A stretch of DNA of 44,471 nt from Chromatiales bacterium (GTDB taxonomy: Bacteria; Pseudomonadota; Gammaproteobacteria; SZUA-140), in assembly GCA_011053135.1 (NCBI GenBank), contig DRLG01000303.1:1-44471 (forward strand), written 5' to 3'. Positions within the stretch are counted from its first letter, which is position 1, and the number at the start of each line of letters is the position of its first letter. The position numbers were made by a program, and so were the translations under genes. The notes beneath the pieces are model-generated. The model did no database searches. It saw nothing but the letters and a program-made list of their open reading frames with translations, and was not told the origin of the DNA. Shown in pieces: positions 26,594-35,985 of this stretch.

Positions 26594-28264
26594 CTAGCTT
26601 CCTTTATTTATTTTGGGGAAGGGAATGCAGCTCTTCACCCATGGCAACCAGAAAAAAATAATATTTAATAACGAAATCATGATCATCAACAGAATCATCG
26701 CCACCAAAGTGATGACAGGCAGACTAAACGAACAGACCCACTGAATACCTAAACCCGGCCCTGGTTCACTATCAGGAAGCACGCCCTCTCCAGCACCTTT
26801 TTTTAACTTCAGATTATTGATCAGATTAAACGTATCAGGCGGGGTGATAAAACTCGCCCCCTTCGCCATGCCACGTTTTAAATCTGACAGTGATGGCATC
26901 TGTATCAGTGATGGGCGGCTGGCTTCAGGATCAAACGGGGCGGCGACGCGAAACAGGATGCTGCGATTGGTATTTTCTACCCACTGAATCTGCTCTTTAC
27001 CCTGATCATTTAACGAGCGGACAAACGGAATTATTTGATAGGTATCTTCGCTGTCCTGGGTGAACTTTGGTAGCGGAATCTCCTGCACTTTAGCCAGCGC
27101 CTGCTCTCGCAGTCGCTGCCCCAGTAGTTCACGAATATCCTCGGCGTCAGATTCGCTGATAAAGAGTGTCCAGTTTAAATTCTTCTTTCCCGAGCTAGCA
27201 GGTAGCACACTAAAACTGGATAGCTTATCAATACCCCCGGCTTTATCAATGGCGGCCTCCTGCTCAATAATCCAGCGTACTAACGGGTTCTCACCCCTTT
27301 GAGCAAAACAGCCGCGTAGATATGACCACACCGATGATTTTCGATAGGCAGTGAAAAGCATACGGCTGGATTCACGATAACCTGTTTTCTTAAGCTGGGC
27401 AGAAAAAGCATTCTCATCATAGAACCATAGCTGGTCCATTTTCTTCGCTAACGCGCTATTACTTTCAATCGCCTCATCACCGAGGTGGTAACGATTGACC
27501 AGCAGGCGCAATAATTCGAAAAATGGCTGATCAGGCTTACCTGCGTTCACCGGGCGTGCAATAGTATCGTTCCAGGCTCTTTTGAATGGTTTACGGTAGC
27601 CAAAAGGCCACGAGAGTGATTGCGCATCAGCATCAACCACCGCTTTTTGCGACAACGCATCAAATGCCACACCTGTATCACGGTGATAATAAAAGCCACC
27701 CAGAGGCACGTAACCAAAAAGCAGGGTATGACGTTTACCCGTTTCATCACGGGCATCCAGTGTATGCAGAGGAAATACCTCCTCACCACTATATATTGGC
27801 TGGATTGTCCGCTTTTGCAACACGCCATTTGCACACAGGCGACGATGGATATCAGGATCGCGTAACTCAGTCGGCGCGGGTTGCCAGCCCAGCGCTTCTC
27901 CATCTTCGAGCTGCCATGCATACTCTTGCTTTCCATTGATGCGACGAATCACAAAACCCGCCGATGTGATACGCTGTGGATCCAGCGCCGGTTTTCCCAG
28001 CTGGTCACAAACCACTTCGCAGCAAACCAGGTGGAATGCGCGATGCAATGGCAACCGCAACACCGGTTTGTTATCGTACGGGCTATGCTTATCCTCCTGC
28101 ATCCAGCTGGAAAACTGCGGCAAGGTAAATCGCTGCTGTTGCATATCCTGTTGAAAACGATTAATAAACTCTGCGTCAAGATAGCGATGTATGGCAGCAT
28201 CAGGACCGTCATGATAAAACGGCGGCTTAATGCTAATGGCGTGTAATGAGTGGTTTATATTCAT
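26594..28264 (-). CDS. Hypothetical 556-aa protein with a C-terminal hydrophobic anchor, in the slot usually held by PAAR
   Basis: Long ORF between the spike and gp25 genes. The C-terminus FSLPVITLVAMILLMIMISLLNIIFFWLPWV (about 26640-26740) is a ~31-residue hydrophobic segment ending 16 aa from the end. No PAAR motif and no recognised family. Confidence 0.75.
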   Translation of the reverse strand: MNINHSLHAISIKPPFYHDGPDAAIHRYLDAEFINRFQQDMQQQRFTLPQFSSWMQEDKHSPYDNKPVLRLPLHRAFHLVCCEVVCDQLGKPALDPQRITSAGFVIRRINGKQEYAWQLEDGEALGWQPAPTELRDPDIHRRLCANGVLQKRTIQPIYSGEEVFPLHTLDARDETGKRHTLLFGYVPLGGFYYHRDTGVAFDALSQKAVVDADAQSLSWPFGYRKPFKRAWNDTIARPVNAGKPDQPFFELLRLLVNRYHLGDEAIESNSALAKKMDQLWFYDENAFSAQLKKTGYRESSRMLFTAYRKSSVWSYLRGCFAQRGENPLVRWIIEQEAAIDKAGGIDKLSSFSVLPASSGKKNLNWTLFISESDAEDIRELLGQRLREQALAKVQEIPLPKFTQDSEDTYQIIPFVRSLNDQGKEQIQWVENTNRSILFRVAAPFDPEASRPSLIQMPSLSDLKRGMAKGASFITPPDTFNLINNLKLKKGAGEGVLPDSEPGPGLGIQWVCSFSLPVITLVAMILLMIMISLLNIIFFWLPWVKSCIPFPKINKGS

Positions 28265-28272
28265 CGCGCCGC

Positions 28273-28923
28273 CTACCAGATGTTACCCGCACCAGGGGTG
28301 TAAGTTGTCCCTACCACCGAGGTCGCAATGATGGTATCGGCCTGTACTACCCCACTGAATTTTGACATCGCTGCATCCACTTGCACCATCGCAGCAGAAA
28401 CATTAACCGTTGAGCTATTAATATTGACTGGCCCGCTGCTATCGATGTTGATTTCCGTGGGAGTGAGTTTAATGCTTTGCGCACCACGCTCAATGGTGAT
28501 CTCGCCTCCACTGCTTTCATTAATATGAATACGATAACCGGATTGTGTTCGCATCTCTACTTTAGGACCATCACTATCATCAAACTCCACCACCGTTCCC
28601 GCTGGAGTGCGTACCACATAATGATCCTCGTGCGGAGTGGCATCTTCAGGTACGCTGCTTTGTCCGGCCCAGACACTGCCGAGCACCAGTGGTAACTCTG
28701 GCGTGACAAATGCGAGTACTACAATTTCATCAAGGCGGGGAATAAAACTAACGCCGTAACCTTGCCCTGCTGAGGGAGCGGCCACACTAGCCCAGAGCTC
28801 CATCGGCATTGATTGTAGGCGAACTTTGATGCGCCCACGGCCATCTGGATCGACATTATCGACGACCTGTGCCAGCTGTAAACTTTGTAACTGTCCTGGT
28901 GCATGATGGTTCATACTTGCCAA
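28273..28923 (-). CDS. Central spike protein, phage baseplate assembly protein V / gp5 OB-fold (Afp8 C-terminal equivalent)
   Basis: AQVVDNVDPDGRGRIKVRL...GYGVSFIPRLDEIVVLAF...PLVLGSVW is the gpV/VgrG OB-fold signature, with a beta-helix-like C-terminus. The probable start is ATG 28914, forming ATGA with the gpD-like stop; the track start is TTG. Confidence 0.8.
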   Translation of the reverse strand: MASMNHHAPGQLQSLQLAQVVDNVDPDGRGRIKVRLQSMPMELWASVAAPSAGQGYGVSFIPRLDEIVVLAFVTPELPLVLGSVWAGQSSVPEDATPHEDHYVVRTPAGTVVEFDDSDGPKVEMRTQSGYRIHINESSGGEITIERGAQSIKLTPTEINIDSSGPVNINSSTVNVSAAMVQVDAAMSKFSGVVQADTIIATSVVGTTYTPGAGNIW

Positions 28924-29957
28924 TCTGCCTTATTCACTTTTAAATGCGTCTCAAAGCCTGAATTGTTATCAAACTGGTGCACACAGTGGACGATTTGATA
29001 CTTTCCACTTAACCGTGGCGAAACACCACCCAGATCAATTTCGCGGCCACTTTTCAGACTCGCTTCACCCTGACAAACGATATCACCCTGAATAAAACGT
29101 TTCGCCTGACGACGATAATGCGCCTTGGCATACGCCTGCGCTTCAGCACTGGAGCGAGCGAAAGGCTGCGGCATCACTTCATCTCCTGGCCAGCTCAGAT
29201 CATTCAAGGTGATACGTGCTGTGGTGGCATCTGGCGCGGGCATCATTGACGCTGAGGTGTGATTCACCTCAACAGCATCAGCCATGTTGTAACCCTGTAC
29301 TGTTGAGTTTAACCATTGATGATTCAGGTCAACCAGCAATCTAACCCTTAAAGCACTATCCTGAGCATCGAGCTCCAGTACATCACTATCTGCCTGTTCC
29401 GGTTTAGCGCGCAATTGATTACCATCCAGACGCAATGCAATATCAAACCGGCTTAAGAGTCGCTGCATAAACGCAAGGTCACTTTCATTCAGTTGGTGCC
29501 ATGTTGAAACTAAATTTGAGACGCTAACGTCAGCACTCAGCCCTGCGTCACTGGCGATGGTACGCACCACATCATCTGGACTTTGATCTTCAAAACTTCG
29601 ACTGTTTCGTGAACGCGCGAGTCGATGCAGTTTATCCTGCAACAGCAGCGCTAAAAATGGGGCACCCTCCCCATAACGCTCTTCAATCGCAGTGATCTCA
29701 CCGACAAAAATAGTCACAGGATTATCTTCTCCCATTAATAACTCGCATTCGCTGCCTAGCCCGATGCTATTAAAGATAAAATCTGGCTCTTCTTCACCCT
29801 CAGGCCGGCCCCAGTTTGTTAGATGCAACTCAGCGTGACCGCAACCATGCAGTGGCAGATTAACCACCATGGCTGTCAAAGCCTCCTGTACATCTTCACG
29901 CTCATTACCATCCACTTTTACAGAGGGTCGGCTACTAACAAATGCTGCTTCGGTCAT
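28911..29957 (-). CDS. Phage late control gene D-like baseplate hub (gp27/VgrG N-terminal equivalent)
   Basis: 348 aa, directly upstream of and overlapping the gpV gene. The N-terminus (SRPSVKVDGNEREDVQEALTAMVVN...AELHLTNW) resembles the start of gpD family proteins. A split gpD + gpV arrangement is common in tail-like systems. Confidence 0.6.
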   Translation of the reverse strand: MTEAAFVSSRPSVKVDGNEREDVQEALTAMVVNLPLHGCGHAELHLTNWGRPEGEEEPDFIFNSIGLGSECELLMGEDNPVTIFVGEITAIEERYGEGAPFLALLLQDKLHRLARSRNSRSFEDQSPDDVVRTIASDAGLSADVSVSNLVSTWHQLNESDLAFMQRLLSRFDIALRLDGNQLRAKPEQADSDVLELDAQDSALRVRLLVDLNHQWLNSTVQGYNMADAVEVNHTSASMMPAPDATTARITLNDLSWPGDEVMPQPFARSSAEAQAYAKAHYRRQAKRFIQGDIVCQGEASLKSGREIDLGGVSPRLSGKYQIVHCVHQFDNNSGFETHLKVNKADWQV

Positions 29958-29981
29958 AAGCTAAAACAGTGCCTCACTTTA

Positions 29982-30149
29982 TTAATCGAACTTCAGGCGA
30001 TCTTGTCGCTGCTGAATTAATGCCAGTGTTTGCGCCAGCGCGGACTCAGCTTCAGCCAGCGGCAGTTGCAGCGGCGCCGGCTCTGACTCAGCGAACTCAG
30101 TGACGCCACTTTCAACTTCTGCAATAACTTCGTTAATCAGTACAGGCAT
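29982..30149 (-). CDS. Small 55-aa ORF (Afp6/Pvc6-sized) not present in the supplied ORF track
   Basis: Translated by hand on the minus strand: MPVLINEVIAEVESGVTEFAESEPAPLQLPLAEAESALAQTLALIQQRQDRLKFD, then TAA at 29982-29984. It fills the only gap between the tube-initiator and gpD-like genes. Purine-rich AGAGAGG lies upstream of the ATG. Confidence 0.4.
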   Translation of the reverse strand: MPVLINEVIAEVESGVTEFAESEPAPLQLPLAEAESALAQTLALIQQRQDRLKFD

Positions 30150-30169
30150 ATGCGCCTCTCTTGTTATAT

Positions 30170-31285
30170 TTAATCAAAACCAACACTCGCTTTCGCGTTG
30201 AGATTAATCTTCCCGCTACCCGTCTGATCCATCGACAACTGACTTTTTAATTTCAGCGGCGAAACACTACTCTCATTACGCAGTAGTAGACTGCCATTCG
30301 CAATGCTACTGGCGGTTAAACCCACGCCAGCGGGGCCAGTGCTAAATGCACCCTCTATTCCAGTACCCAAACTGCCGGAAGCACCAAATTTAAAGGCAGG
30401 TGGTGTAAAGCTTGCACTTATACTCGGCTGGACCAAGGCACCCATGCCGACTGAGGCTGACAGTGAAGATGAGACATCCGCTGTTGCTGAGAATCCACCG
30501 CTGAGGCCAGCATTCACTTTAACCGAGGCACTGGCAGACACTTTGGGAATAGCAAGCATGGCGGCTGAGGGTAAACGCGGGTTTTCTACGCCGTTATACA
30601 TAGAGGTGTCACGCCAGTTACCTCTCTTGTCACCACTACCACCGGGTACTGGCGAAGTCTCCTGGCTAGACTTGCTCCCACCACCCTTGTTACTGCTGTT
30701 GTTTCCCGTAGAGCTGAGCGTCGGTGTTTCCCGTGTCGCCTTTGCAACCGTTCGATTACGAAACTGGTAACGGTCTTCACTCAGTTTTAGCGATACAGTT
30801 GCGCGTAACGGATGACCTTCGGGCGAAAAAAAATCCAGCGTCTCATCAAAGCTTTCAACTAACCCAAGAAATTCAAATGCGCCCCATTGAAAAAGGCAAC
30901 GACTCGGGGCTTTGAGCCGATTACCAGAGGGAACCGGTTTAATAAACTTATCGCCAATACGTTTTGTTATCAGACGGACGTCCGTACCTACTTCAAATGC
31001 ATTCCGTTCACGCCCTTCATTTTGCGCCCTTTTTTTATACTTTTTTGCAGCTTCATCATCAATGTAAGTCGTATCGAAAATCAATTCTACGGTTAAGCTG
31101 GATGAACTTTTATCAACAAATTGTGATGAGCGACTGTTACCAGCGCGCTGATTTTCCTTCAGCGTGTTGGACAGGCTAACTTTTAGCGTGGTGGGGTTAA
31201 ACTGTACATCAACAGCCTTCGACAAGTCAGGGTTGTCATTATTCCCACTAACAGGAATGAGCTTGGCTCGTTCAGGATTAATCAT
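30170..31285 (-). CDS. CIS tube-initiator-like protein (Afp7 N-terminal type) with a Ser/Gly-rich C-terminus instead of LysM
   Basis: N-terminus ERAKLIPV...AVDVQFNPTTLKVSLSN...SSLTVELIFDTTYID...GTDVRLITKRI fits the FNP-motif tube-like domain seen at the N-terminus of Afp7/LysM proteins. The C-terminal ~170 aa are S/G/A-rich with no LysM signature. Confidence 0.6.
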   Translation of the reverse strand: MINPERAKLIPVSGNNDNPDLSKAVDVQFNPTTLKVSLSNTLKENQRAGNSRSSQFVDKSSSSLTVELIFDTTYIDDEAAKKYKKRAQNEGRERNAFEVGTDVRLITKRIGDKFIKPVPSGNRLKAPSRCLFQWGAFEFLGLVESFDETLDFFSPEGHPLRATVSLKLSEDRYQFRNRTVAKATRETPTLSSTGNNSSNKGGGSKSSQETSPVPGGSGDKRGNWRDTSMYNGVENPRLPSAAMLAIPKVSASASVKVNAGLSGGFSATADVSSSLSASVGMGALVQPSISASFTPPAFKFGASGSLGTGIEGAFSTGPAGVGLTASSIANGSLLLRNESSVSPLKLKSQLSMDQTGSGKINLNAKASVGFD

Positions 31286-31296
31286 CTCTCACCTCA

Positions 31297-31797
31297 TCAT
31301 CTTTTTACTGGTCGCTCTAACTCAAGCCCTTCATGCACCAGATGTAACTCTTCAATGGCCACTTGATTAGCGGTGGATGATAAATCTGGGCCTTTAAATT
31401 TTGTCGGTAATACCCCAAAGAGTTTCCACACCATAACGGGGTTCTCAGAACTTGACTGGACCCCGTGTTTACCCTTTGTCACCGAGCTATCTGGGTTCCC
31501 AAGCACGACAATTTCACCACTTAAGCGATAAGCATAATTTGATTCACGTGTCGTAATATCGAACCAGGACCACAGGTCATTCATTGTCGTCACGCCGCGC
31601 TTTAATATGATTGGCGCAAATTTCGTGGTACCACTGCGCTGAATCTCACCCCAGTTACGCCCCCCTTCGACAATCACTTTGGGTTCCATGGTTAACTCAA
31701 AACCGGTGACCTCGCTAAAATAACCACCACATAGCAGCTGGCTACGGTCGCCACTAAATAGACTGACTTTGAAACGAAACGGGACAAACTCAGACAT
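31297..31797 (-). CDS. Tail tube protein 2 (T4 gp19 family, Afp5-like)
   Basis: FRFKVSLF...GGYFSEVTGFELTMEPKVIVEGGRN...APIILKRGV is the gp19/tube signature. GGAGGTG lies 4 nt upstream of the ATG. Confidence 0.8.
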   Translation of the reverse strand: MSEFVPFRFKVSLFSGDRSQLLCGGYFSEVTGFELTMEPKVIVEGGRNWGEIQRSGTTKFAPIILKRGVTTMNDLWSWFDITTRESNYAYRLSGEIVVLGNPDSSVTKGKHGVQSSSENPVMVWKLFGVLPTKFKGPDLSSTANQVAIEELHLVHEGLELERPVKR

Positions 31798-33277
31798 TTT
31801 TCACCTCCGCCTGCCACTCCCCATTTTGATTGGCGAAGGTAAGGTAGAGCCGATCAATTGGAAACGCAGGTGCGACCATAATTTCAAACAGCATCGCACC
31901 GGGCTGAGGCTGAGATTCGGTAATCACATAGGCATCATCAGGTAATGCGCCGCGCAAAGCACCTTGCTTATGCAACCGACGAAAAAAATCATGCAGCATT
32001 AAGCGCGGGCGTGGATCACGGTAATCGACGTTAAAAACCAGTACTTCACCCAATGTTCGTAGCTGACGACGCAAAAAACCGAGAAAGCGCATCACTTCAG
32101 CCGAACGAAATCCATTGTAGCGATCTATATCACGTCTCTCTTTGTAGTCTGCAGGTGGCAAAGCAGGGACTACCAGGCGCTCGTCATCCAGGCTCACTTT
32201 ACCTGAACGTATTTGCACCATGCCAATACCAGGTTGTTCACGCAGGTGTAATGATTGTGCGAGCGGCGTTACTGGATAAGGCACAGCGTCTGTAACCATT
32301 GTGCGTGCCGCCATCGAGTGCCACGGCCCTTTTTCCCACGCCACCGCGGCTTGTTGCCCGGCGACGAGTCCGACCGGACTACGCAACAAAAAACGAGGGC
32401 CGCGTAAGTAAGGGTACAGAAACTGAATATGACGTAGTGTATGGCCACTACTACCATCTCTAAGATTTTCCACCGTCAATATTGCCGCAGGGTCAATAAC
32501 CGGACTGCCTTGTTCGCCGGAATAACTCAGCGGAAGACTAAACAGACATTGCATATCTGGACGGTAACGAACGATAGCGCGTAAAATTCCCTTCAGTAGT
32601 TCTGCACTCGGTCTCGGCTGCGGCATAGCTGGCAGTTCGGTCGGGTATCGACGTTCCCGGTGATCATCATCCAGATCCTGACTACACGGCATAAAACGCG
32701 GATCAGGGTTTTCCAGGCGAACACGAGGAATATCACTCATACGCGGCGGAATCTGCAAACGTTCCAGATCGGGCATGGTCACCACCGCAACACTTGGGAT
32801 AACCAGAATACAAGCCAGCCCCCGCAGGGTTTCAGTATCATGAATCACCGTATTATCAGCAGGTAAAAATGCCGCTTGTAGCTCCGCTTCAGGAATTTGC
32901 ACTAACCAGAGCTTTTCGCCACCATTAGCAAAAAAATCATCTACCGACTGCGCTAGCCAGGCCTGCGCGCCAGCGAGCAAACTGACATACTCTGTTTTTG
33001 CGACTGCAGCATCTGGGAAAATATCGTGAAACTCAGCGCTGGAATAGAGCGGGATTGGCAAGTGGTATAGCTGACTCAATGTGCCGTTAATCAGCGCATC
33101 AACGGCAACACCAAAACCCACTGAACGTATCTCATCCAGAGCACCTGGTAAGGCAAGCAGGCGCTCTACCCGTACCCGCCCGGGGCAATGCCCTAGCATG
33201 GCAACTTCGAGTGCAGCCTCACGCCGACGTAATGGGCGTGGCGTTAAGGCGATGCGCGATCCAGCAAGCAGCTCCAT
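31790..33277 (-). CDS. Divergent second sheath-family protein (Afp3/4-like), lacking the canonical N-terminal PGVY motif
   Basis: VDDFFANGGEKLWLVQI parallels AAKSFFDGGGKQLFVSRV in the 725-aa sheath. SPVGLVAGQQAAVAWEKGPWHSMAA parallels PPSGFIAGVYANTDVQRGVHKPPAN. Confidence 0.55.
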   Translation of the reverse strand: MELLAGSRIALTPRPLRRREAALEVAMLGHCPGRVRVERLLALPGALDEIRSVGFGVAVDALINGTLSQLYHLPIPLYSSAEFHDIFPDAAVAKTEYVSLLAGAQAWLAQSVDDFFANGGEKLWLVQIPEAELQAAFLPADNTVIHDTETLRGLACILVIPSVAVVTMPDLERLQIPPRMSDIPRVRLENPDPRFMPCSQDLDDDHRERRYPTELPAMPQPRPSAELLKGILRAIVRYRPDMQCLFSLPLSYSGEQGSPVIDPAAILTVENLRDGSSGHTLRHIQFLYPYLRGPRFLLRSPVGLVAGQQAAVAWEKGPWHSMAARTMVTDAVPYPVTPLAQSLHLREQPGIGMVQIRSGKVSLDDERLVVPALPPADYKERRDIDRYNGFRSAEVMRFLGFLRRQLRTLGEVLVFNVDYRDPRPRLMLHDFFRRLHKQGALRGALPDDAYVITESQPQPGAMLFEIMVAPAFPIDRLYLTFANQNGEWQAEVKNV

Positions 33278-33289
33278 CAGTGACGACTC

Positions 33290-33751
33290 TTAACTCTGCT
33301 CGATATGTTCAACCGATAATACGAGCTCTTCCATCGCAACATCACTGCCTCCCTTGGCGGTGAGTGTCGGGCCAGTCCATTTGATCGGCATCGCGTTAAT
33401 CAATTTCCATGTCACAACCGCAGAAGGATCGGTGGCGTTTTCCCGTTTGAGCTTAACTTCAACATTACGCTTTGCGGTCACATCACCCTCACGGATTTGA
33501 TCTAACCAGTTGTAAATATTTTCAGCACCGATCACGCCACGTTTAAGTGTGACATCTCCCGCCTTACTTACTGCTGGGATTTTAGTTACATAATTTGCCG
33601 GCGCATTTCCATTACGGTATTCCGCGATAGTAATTTCAGCGTTCAATCCGGAGACCTCAGAAAACCCACCCTGTACTTCACCTTCACTACCATCACCAAG
33701 ATTGACTAGATAATTAAAAACGCTATAGGGTGTTTCTCGAAATTCAGCCAT
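33290..33751 (-). CDS. Tail tube protein 1 (T4 gp19 family, Afp1-like)
   Basis: 153 aa. FNYLVNLGDG...GGFSEVSGLNAEITIAEYRNGN...VTLKRGV is the gp19-type tube signature. It lies immediately downstream of the sheath gene. Confidence 0.85.
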   Translation of the reverse strand: MAEFRETPYSVFNYLVNLGDGSEGEVQGGFSEVSGLNAEITIAEYRNGNAPANYVTKIPAVSKAGDVTLKRGVIGAENIYNWLDQIREGDVTAKRNVEVKLKRENATDPSAVVTWKLINAMPIKWTGPTLTAKGGSDVAMEELVLSVEHIEQS

Positions 33752-33785
33752 GTTTAATTCCTCCTGAAAAGATCACTAACAACGT

Positions 33786-35963
33786 TTAACTATCTGCGGT
33801 TTTCTGGCCAATACGGAAAATAACAAACTCCGCCGGTTTCAATGCAGCCACACCAACTTCACACACCAGACGGCCATTGTCTAAATCATTTTGTGTCATG
33901 GTACTGCGGTCGCAACGAACAAAATATGCAGTTTTTGCCGAACCCAGCAAGCGTCCGTTGAACCATTCGTTATAAAGAAAGTCTTCAACTGTGGTTTTCA
34001 CATTGGCCCACAATCGCTCACCATTGGGTTCAAATACGATCCACTGCGTGGATTTCTCGATCGATCGCTCCAGGTACAAAAAGTAACGCCGAACATTGAC
34101 ATATTTCCATTCAGGGTCACTCGCCAGGGTGCGACCACCCCAAACACGATGTCCACGACCAGGGAATGAGCGCAGGCAATTTATGCCGTTAGGGTTTAAC
34201 AACTCCTGTTGAAAACGATTAATATCCTGTGCAAATCGCAGCGCACCGATAACAGGTTCGTTAGCAGGTGGTTTATGGACGCCGCGTTGCACATCGGTAT
34301 TGGCGTAAACACCCGCAATGAATCCCGACGGTGGTGCTGTGATAGTGTCGTTGATACCACGCGGATCACTAATCACCACCCAGGGGTAGTACAGGGCCAG
34401 GCGGGAGTCGTCAAAGTTAGATCGGAATTCACGAATTTCTGATAACGACATGCTTTCTCGTGAATCCACTATACCGACACGGTAACGCATCTTACGGCAA
34501 TGTTTCTGCATTTCTGCCACAATTGCCTGGTGATTTGCGACATCGGCAGCCGCTGCAGGTGTCATAACAATTGAAATGTCGTCAATGTCTTCCAGGGCAG
34601 CAAAACCGGTACTACCATTGACTTCGTCAGTTACACCGCCGTAATGGATGGCTGCCGGCACATTACCATCACTACCGCCAGTCAGGCTAATAAGATAGCG
34701 TGGGCCATCGACTGAAATACCAACGGGGTTCAGTGCCTCGCTGTCAAACATATTATACAGTGCGGCGACCACTTGCTCGCCCGTCACGCCATTCGCAAGG
34801 GTACAACTGACTGGACTGGAGAGTTGATCACTGCGTTTATCGGGCACAGCGGCCATGACGTTATGCAAGCTGTTATCTGCATCGGGCGCTGACGATATAT
34901 TACCGTAGCTGTACACAATCGACCCACTACTGCCCCCTGAGCGCACAGAGATATCAAAATTTCTTTGTATCATCATCGCGCGCACATTGCTCGGTGCAGC
35001 GGCAAGTGCTGCGAGTGAAAAAGTAGCCGGTAAGACAATGCCAGCATTGAGGCCGCTACCATCCAGCGTAAACTCGGTACCAGCTTCATTCAAGGTACCG
35101 CGAAGCGTTGTTAACGTGCCCCAGTCAACACCGGTATAAGCACTCAGGTCGGTAACGCTCGTGAGACTGAGCAACGCCGATGTACCATCGGCCAATGCAC
35201 CACTGGTGGGCCGTTTAGCAGTGACCTGTGTGTACTTAATCGTGGTACTGACACCCGCGACCAGACCTGCGCTCATCAGCACCCCATCATCGCCATCTGC
35301 CGCACCGTCAAGACGCAGCTGGGTGCCCGTGAGTACAACATCATCGTCCGTGGTTATTTCACAGAGATTATCGACGATGACGAAATGATCCCCTTCACGA
35401 CGAACCACCGCTTTAATATCAATTGGGAAACGACTATCAGGCGCCCGAATATCAATATCAGCGGTGCGCACAGCATTGCTCAACCCAGTGGCCTCCAGAA
35501 AGATGACTTCGCCTTCGGCTGGCACAGAAGTTTCCACTGACTTCAATAAATTTTCGCTGTCTCGCCAGTCAAGCTCCAGCGTGTAGTCACCCATAACTCC
35601 GGGAAAGCGACTATTAAACGTAACCCTGTTATTGATGTCAGCGATACTGGAATAACCATCTGTGGGACTGACGTAGTTTGCTACGCGTGACACAAAAAGC
35701 TGCTTACCACCCCCATCGAAAAAAGATTTTGCTGCGATTGCCGTATGATTCAGTACGCTCGTACCAGCCAGAGTAAGATTATTAATATCGCCAAAAATAC
35801 GGGTAAATTCCGCAAAACTGGTCACCACTTCGGGTTTTCCTCGAAGCGGCCCGAAACGTGTTGGACCGACAATTGCAGCGACACTGGTTCCGACGCCTTC
35901 AATTGATTTGGCGCGAAAGCTCACTTCCTCCACAAACACACCCGGTGCTAAATATTCAGGCAT
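33786..35963 (-). CDS. Contractile tail sheath protein (Afp2-like)
   Basis: 725 aa. N-terminus MPEYLAPGVFVEEVSF, internal PPSGFIAGVYANTDVQRGVHKPPAN, and C-terminal NGINCLRSFPGRGHRVWGGRTL are the three classic sheath motifs. Confidence 0.9.
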   Translation of the reverse strand: MPEYLAPGVFVEEVSFRAKSIEGVGTSVAAIVGPTRFGPLRGKPEVVTSFAEFTRIFGDINNLTLAGTSVLNHTAIAAKSFFDGGGKQLFVSRVANYVSPTDGYSSIADINNRVTFNSRFPGVMGDYTLELDWRDSENLLKSVETSVPAEGEVIFLEATGLSNAVRTADIDIRAPDSRFPIDIKAVVRREGDHFVIVDNLCEITTDDDVVLTGTQLRLDGAADGDDGVLMSAGLVAGVSTTIKYTQVTAKRPTSGALADGTSALLSLTSVTDLSAYTGVDWGTLTTLRGTLNEAGTEFTLDGSGLNAGIVLPATFSLAALAAAPSNVRAMMIQRNFDISVRSGGSSGSIVYSYGNISSAPDADNSLHNVMAAVPDKRSDQLSSPVSCTLANGVTGEQVVAALYNMFDSEALNPVGISVDGPRYLISLTGGSDGNVPAAIHYGGVTDEVNGSTGFAALEDIDDISIVMTPAAAADVANHQAIVAEMQKHCRKMRYRVGIVDSRESMSLSEIREFRSNFDDSRLALYYPWVVISDPRGINDTITAPPSGFIAGVYANTDVQRGVHKPPANEPVIGALRFAQDINRFQQELLNPNGINCLRSFPGRGHRVWGGRTLASDPEWKYVNVRRYFLYLERSIEKSTQWIVFEPNGERLWANVKTTVEDFLYNEWFNGRLLGSAKTAYFVRCDRSTMTQNDLDNGRLVCEVGVAALKPAEFVIFRIGQKTADS

Positions 35964-35985
35964 AGTCTTCTCCTTTCAGTTTTTC

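Noticed and set aside
26171-28272. Search for a PAAR tip protein near the spike and gp25 genes
   Set aside because: No ~100-aa ORF and no PAAR-type motif appears in any minus-strand ORF of the locus. The 556-aa protein in that slot shows none. The absence is reported as a finding rather than forcing a call.
30170-30700. LysM domain expected at the C-terminus of the Afp7-like tube initiator
   Set aside because: The C-terminal half is Ser/Gly/Ala-rich low complexity without the LysM beta-alpha-alpha-beta sequence pattern, so no LysM was called.
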